Notes under the pieces: generated by a model
Told to the model about the DNA's origin: nothing
What the model saw: only the letters and a program-made list of their open reading frames with translations
The model's database searches: none
NCBI GenBank assembly: GCA_963677495.2
Contig: CAXXOU010000004.1
Coordinates: 512,001-576,000 of the forward strand
DNA: 64,000 nucleotides
Reading direction: 5' to 3'
Source: Candidatus Cloacimonadales bacterium
GTDB lineage: Bacteria > Cloacimonadota > Cloacimonadia > Cloacimonadales > JAFGVF01
Position numbers and translations under genes: made by a program
In this document: piece after piece, positions 60,201-64,000 of the stretch
Layout: every line of letters starts with the position of its first letter
Position numbering within the stretch: position 1 is the stretch's first letter

Positions 60201-63200
60201 ATGAAGCAGATAAACCACTATCATAATAAGCTACAATATAGTATTGGTAGTCACCATTAGCTAAGTTCTCATCCATGAAAGATTGAGTAGCAGGATTGTT
60301 AAGAACATCTAATAATTCATCATTTCTATAAATGAAGTAACCATTAAAGTTTCTAAGTCCACCTGAAACAGCAGGTAAGTCCCAGTTTAAGGTAACAGTA
60401 TCTAAATTAACAGAACCTGTAAGATTGGTAGGAGCATAAGGTACATCCACATCTGCAATATAAATGTTGGATGCTACCGATTCACCTGATGTGTAAAATG
60501 CTGTCACATAATAACTGTAGTTACCGTTTGCAATACCGGTATCACTGTACATTAAATCAGTGATTTCAGCAATCTCATTACTGCCTTTATATACTTTGTA
60601 CCCAAGCAGACTTCTATTACCTGAGACAGCAGGTGCATCCCATGCCAATGAGACATTATCTCCGGTCACTGTACCAATAAGGTTTTGAGGGGCATAGAGT
60701 ACTTCTACGTTCACATTAACAGTATTCGAGTATTCTGATAAGCCTGAATCATAAACAGCTCTTACACTATAGGAATATGTGCCATTCGCGAGATCCATAT
60801 CTGTGTAGATTAACTCTGTAACTTCAGCAATCTCCATGAGATCACGATATATTTTATATCCAAGGAAACTTCTGGTAAGTCCACCTGATGTATTAGGAGC
60901 GGACCAACTAAGTGTAACATCATCAAGATTAACATTGTAAGTTAATGCTGTGGCAGGATACAATACTTCAACAGTTGCTGATATAGTATTAGATTCCTCT
61001 GATAATCCACTAGAATAGTTAGCTTTAACATAGTAGTTATAAACTCCATTAGCAAGATCCACATCTACATATGAAGTCGCCATTGTCTCTGCTATTTCTA
61101 CATCATCTCTATAGATTTTATAACCCATGAAATCACGTGTAAGTCCACCGGATGTTACTGCAGCATTCCAACTGAGAGTAACTTCGTCCTGATTAACACT
61201 GTATGTAAGGTTAGTAGCCGGATAGAGTACTTCAACAGTTGCTGTCACAGTGTTGGAAGCTTCAGATAAGCCACTTGAGTAGTTCGCTTTTACATAGTAA
61301 TCATAATCACCATTAGCTAAATCTACATCTGTATAAGTGAGTTCGGTTACTTCACCAATTTCAAGGTTATTTCTGTATATTTTATAACTTAAGAAATCAC
61401 GTGTAAGTCCACCGGATGTTACTGCAGCATTCCAGTTAAGAGTAACTTCGTCTTGGTTAACGCTGTAAGTAAGGTTTGTAGCAGGATATAGAACTTCAAT
61501 AGTCGCTGTTACTGTGTTAGATGCTTCAGATAAACCGCTTGAATAGTTAGCTTTAACATAATAGTTATAGACTCCATTAGCAAGGTCTACATCTGTATAA
61601 GTGAGTTCTGTAAGATCAGCAATCTCGACATCATCTCTATAGACTTTATAGCCTAAGAAATCACGTGTTAAGCCACCTGATGTTAATGCTGCATCCCAGT
61701 TGAGTATTACTTCATCTTGATTAACACTATATACTAAGTTAGTAACAGGATAGAGAACTTCAACAGTTGCTGTTACTATGTTGGTTGCTTCAGATAAACC
61801 GTTTGAATAGTTAGCTTTAACATAATAGTTATATACTCCATTGGCAAGATCTACATCTGTATAAGTAAGTTCTGCTACATCAGCAATCTCAACATCATCT
61901 CTATAGACTTTATATCCTAAGAAATCTCGGGTAAGTCCACCGGAGGTCAAAGCTGGGTTCCAACTGAGAGTAACTTCATCTTCATTAACACTGTATGTAA
62001 GGTTAGTAGCAGGATAGAGAACTTCAACTGTGGCCGCAACTGTATTAGATGCTTCGGCTAAACCACTAGAGTAATTTGCTTTTACATAGTAGGTATAAAC
62101 ACCATTAGCTAAGTCAATATCAATGTAAGACAACTCTGTTACAACAGCAATCTCAACATCATCTCTATAGACTTTGTAGCCTAAGAAATCACGTGTAAGA
62201 CCACCTGATGTAGCAGCAGCATCCCAGTTCAGAGTAACTTCGTCCTGATCAACGCTGTAAGTAAGGTTAGTTGCAGGATAAAGAACTTCAACTAAAGCAA
62301 CAACTGTATTAGACTCTTCAGATAATCCGCTAGAGTAATTGGCTTTCACATTGTAGTTATAAACACCATTCGCTAAATCTATATCTGTATATGTAAGTTC
62401 TGTAACATCAGCAATCTCAACATCGTCTCTATAGACTTTGTAACCTAAGAAATCACGAGTAAGACCACCTGAAGTAGCTACAGCATCCCAGTTAAGAGTA
62501 ACTTCGTCGTGATCAACACTGTAAGTAAGGTTAGTGGCAGGATATAGAACTTCAATTGTAGCTGTTACAGTATTGGATGCTTCAGATAAACCACTTGAAT
62601 AGTATGCTTTAACATAGTAGTTATACACACCATTAGCTAAATCCATATCTGTGTATGTGAGTTCTGTAATATCAGCAATCTCAACATCGTCTCTGTAGAC
62701 TTTGTAGCCTAAGAAATCACGTGTAAGACCACCGAAGGTTACAGCTGCATCCCAGTTCAGGGTAACTTCATCCTGATCAACGCTGTAAGTAAGGTTAGTA
62801 GCAGGATAAAGAACTTCTACAGTTGCAGTAACTGTATTAGATTCTTCAGCTAAACCACTAGAATAGTTAGCTTTCACATAATAGTCATATACACCATTAG
62901 TTAAATCTACATCTGTATAAGTAAGCTCAGTTACTTCTGCAATCTCAACATCATCTCTGTAGACTTTATAGCCTAAGAAATCACGTGTGAGACCACCTGA
63001 AGTAACAGCAGTCTCCCAGTTCAGAGTAACTTCATCCTGATCAACGCTATAAGTAAGGTTAGTAGCAGGATAGAGAACTTCAACTGTAGCTGTCACTGTG
63101 TTAGATGCTTCAGATAAACCGCTAGAATAGTTAGCTTTAACATAGTAGTTATAAACACCATTAGTTAAATCAATATCTGTATATGTGAGTTCTGTTAAAT

Positions 63201-63999
63201 CAGCTATTTCTACATCATCCCTATAGATTTTATAACCTAAGAAATCACGGGTAAGTCCACCGGAAGTAGCGACTGCATCCCAGTTGAGTGTTACTTCATC
63301 TTCATTTACATTGTATGTGAGATTAGTAGTAGGGTAAAGAACTTCCAAATCAACAATTACGCTATTCGTAGGTTCTGAAACGCTGTTCGTATAGACAGCT
63401 TCGACATAGTAGGTATAAGTACCATTTGCTAAATCTAAATCATCAAAGGTTGTTGCAGTTGTATTAGATAGAAATGCATCATTTCTATAAATATTATATT
63501 GTAAAAATACACGAGTAGATGAAGGGGCATCCCAACTAAGTTGGATATCATCATCAGTAGCATTAGCAACAAGGTTTTGAGGAGCGTAAGGATACTCGAT
63601 GTTAAAGTTAACACTATTGGAGGTAGAAGAAGTACCACTATCGTAAACTGCTCTAACTTGATAAGTATAACTTCCATCAGCTAAGAGCTGGTCATAGTAT
63701 GTCAACTCAGTCAGATTACTAATGACAACATTATCTCTTAGAACTTCATATTCAACAAAGTCTCTTAATCCACTTGAGTTTACCGGAGCAACCCAATTGA
63801 GCCTAACGTTGTTGAAATCTTCAATTTGTCCTGTTAAACCAGTTGGAGCATAAAGTACCTCAACATTAGCTTGAAGAGTTACTGTTGCAGCAGCATTACC
63901 GGTTGTATAAGTTGCAATAACATAATAGTCATAAACACCATTTGCAAGATTTTCATCAGTATAAGATAACTCTGTAACATCAGCAATCTCTACATTATC
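57274..63999 (-). CDS. Giant fibronectin type III repeat surface protein with FlgD-Ig/Por-type C-terminal domain (5' end outside the window)
   Basis: Frame stays open past 63705 to the window edge; about 25 FN3-like units (P-x-NL...L-x-W...Y-x-VYR...Y-x-Y-x-V-x-A-x-Y); ends in YPNPFNP...KAILMK. Confidence 0.92.
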   Translation of the reverse strand, partial: DNVEIADVTELSYTDENLANGVYDYYVIATYTTGNAAATVTLQANVEVLYAPTGLTGQIEDFNNVRLNWVAPVNSSGLRDFVEYEVLRDNVVISNLTELTYYDQLLADGSYTYQVRAVYDSGTSSTSNSVNFNIEYPYAPQNLVANATDDDIQLSWDAPSSTRVFLQYNIYRNDAFLSNTTATTFDDLDLANGTYTYYVEAVYTNSVSEPTNSVIVDLEVLYPTTNLTYNVNEDEVTLNWDAVATSGGLTRDFLGYKIYRDDVEIADLTELTYTDIDLTNGVYNYYVKANYSSGLSEASNTVTATVEVLYPATNLTYSVDQDEVTLNWETAVTSGGLTRDFLGYKVYRDDVEIAEVTELTYTDVDLTNGVYDYYVKANYSSGLAEESNTVTATVEVLYPATNLTYSVDQDEVTLNWDAAVTFGGLTRDFLGYKVYRDDVEIADITELTYTDMDLANGVYNYYVKAYYSSGLSEASNTVTATIEVLYPATNLTYSVDHDEVTLNWDAVATSGGLTRDFLGYKVYRDDVEIADVTELTYTDIDLANGVYNYNVKANYSSGLSEESNTVVALVEVLYPATNLTYSVDQDEVTLNWDAAATSGGLTRDFLGYKVYRDDVEIAVVTELSYIDIDLANGVYTYYVKANYSSGLAEASNTVAATVEVLYPATNLTYSVNEDEVTLSWNPALTSGGLTRDFLGYKVYRDDVEIADVAELTYTDVDLANGVYNYYVKANYSNGLSEATNIVTATVEVLYPVTNLVYSVNQDEVILNWDAALTSGGLTRDFLGYKVYRDDVEIADLTELTYTDVDLANGVYNYYVKANYSSGLSEASNTVTATIEVLYPATNLTYSVNQDEVTLNWNAAVTSGGLTRDFLSYKIYRNNLEIGEVTELTYTDVDLANGDYDYYVKANYSSGLSEASNTVTATVEVLYPATNLTYSVNQDEVTLSWNAAVTSGGLTRDFMGYKIYRDDVEIAETMATSYVDVDLANGVYNYYVKANYSSGLSEESNTISATVEVLYPATALTYNVNLDDVTLSWSAPNTSGGLTRSFLGYKIYRDLMEIAEVTELIYTDMDLANGTYSYSVRAVYDSGLSEYSNTVNVNVEVLYAPQNLIGTVTGDNVSLAWDAPAVSGNRSLLGYKVYKGSNEIAEITDLMYSDTGIANGNYSYYVTAFYTSGESVASNIYIADVDVPYAPTNLTGSVNLDTVTLNWDLPAVSGGLRNFNGYFIYRNDELLDVLNNPATQSFMDENLANGDYQYYIVAYYDSGLSASSNTIQLTVNVLPDLLPPTNLQAVVSNVRDVALTWDIPENNPISYKVYRNSVELTEVVTNSFSDTSLANGTYMYWVKAVYNEGISSNSNSVTVNIEMAYPPTALTTSVVDNDVTLNWTNPGAGELGVIVYRDNTEIALINDSTTTSFVDMDLMNGTYDYYLKTIYTSTVSQASTTAIATVEIIYPVTTLQADLLDNNVTLTWQNPVDPTGLIAYKVFRNDILIATQTELNYVDNVLANGDYDYYVIAQYNAGESNPSNTVSVPVQLAYPIQNAQVAVNGADVTVTWDAPSDVVGLQSYYVERQGEFVGSTQELTFTDMNVINGSYIYTIRANYEVGLSQPVNASPQAVVLVPHAPTALTYQVNGNSISLNWNQPSDMNAFQTYFVYRNGSVESVTSLTNYTDEFLSNGTYEYYITATYNVEGITAESTPSNTVQAEVSQAYPPTGLTFTIDNANDVTLNWNAPVDTNDLSHYNVYKNGTLVTGVTELTYQEIGLANGNYQYEVEAYYNSGSSASSNAVNFDIEIAYEPTDLVASAIDNNVTLSWNEPSDIVGLQSYNIYRDNTLIDNTTAVTYDDLNLANGTYSYTVSAVYSSSESAQTAPELVEIEIAYAPSNLIVSVLNNDVSLVWDPPTDVTGLLSYNIYKDGSFLANDTLLAYDDMDLGNGDYTYAISAVYSNGESVQTAVETGHVEVVYDPANLVIDVMDNDVTLTWDAPSDIIGLTHYNIYQNNVVVNTSTQLTYSDLDLVNDHYDYAVTAEYGAGESNQITGEVNVLVTYAPQMAEADVEPNSHFALLNWTEPVDTGFLLGYGIFRLMPGQLESPELWVSVETLVIGIEFTDEEFANLPEGLYLYAITAVYQDSNMSDAVFTNVIDPTDTSDDSVAPIVTNLNGIYPNPFNPTATISFSIAQSERAVVKVYNSRGQYVKTITDEILPQGNYTYTWNGDDRNNRKLASGIYFIRMQTNSYSKSIKAILMK
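60706..63345 (-). repeat. Ten tandem 264-bp (88-aa) coding repeats
   Basis: EVLYP starts at 63345, 63081, 62817 ... 60969, an exact 264-bp period. Confidence 0.93.
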
Positions 64000-64000
64000 T

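Noticed and set aside
63435..63705. Start of the giant FN3 gene at 63705, and the ORF at 63435-63677
   Set aside because: The frame continues to the window edge, so 63705 is internal; the short ORF is an out-of-frame artefact.

Overview
AT-rich bacterial chromosome segment. It is probably Cloacimonadota (FCB group); this is inferred from secreted proteins ending in a YPNPFNP...K(A/M)ILMK FlgD-Ig/Por-type C-terminal domain and from a Kat-like aminotransferase. About 50 genes are present. Housekeeping genes include hslUV, acpS, xseB-ispA-dut-nadA, pgsA, rpsT, thiolase, hslO and sppA. Accessory content includes: the end of a surface-glycan locus that unusually combines a U32-like enzyme, a 2-hydroxyacid dehydrogenase, a two-subunit Fe-S hydro-lyase, an ATP-grasp ligase, an acetyltransferase, a GT2 and a flippase-like protein; a secreted caspase-family protease paired with a DUF4384-like protein; a C5-epimerase-like lipoprotein; two Omp85-type barrels; and a giant FN3-repeat surface protein that runs off the right edge. 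No rRNA, tRNA, CRISPR array or transposase was found. The most unusual signal is non-coding. Several large intergenic regions are mosaics of shared palindromic modules. A ~28-bp anchor repeat (CATACACAGTG-N5-TGCAATAACTTA, IHF-site-like) delimits cassettes that occur in different combinations at three loci. There are also 11-bp helically phased arrays with four unrelated cores, two of them flanking back-to-back DnaA-box pairs. All functional calls come from motif recognition by eye; no searches were run.
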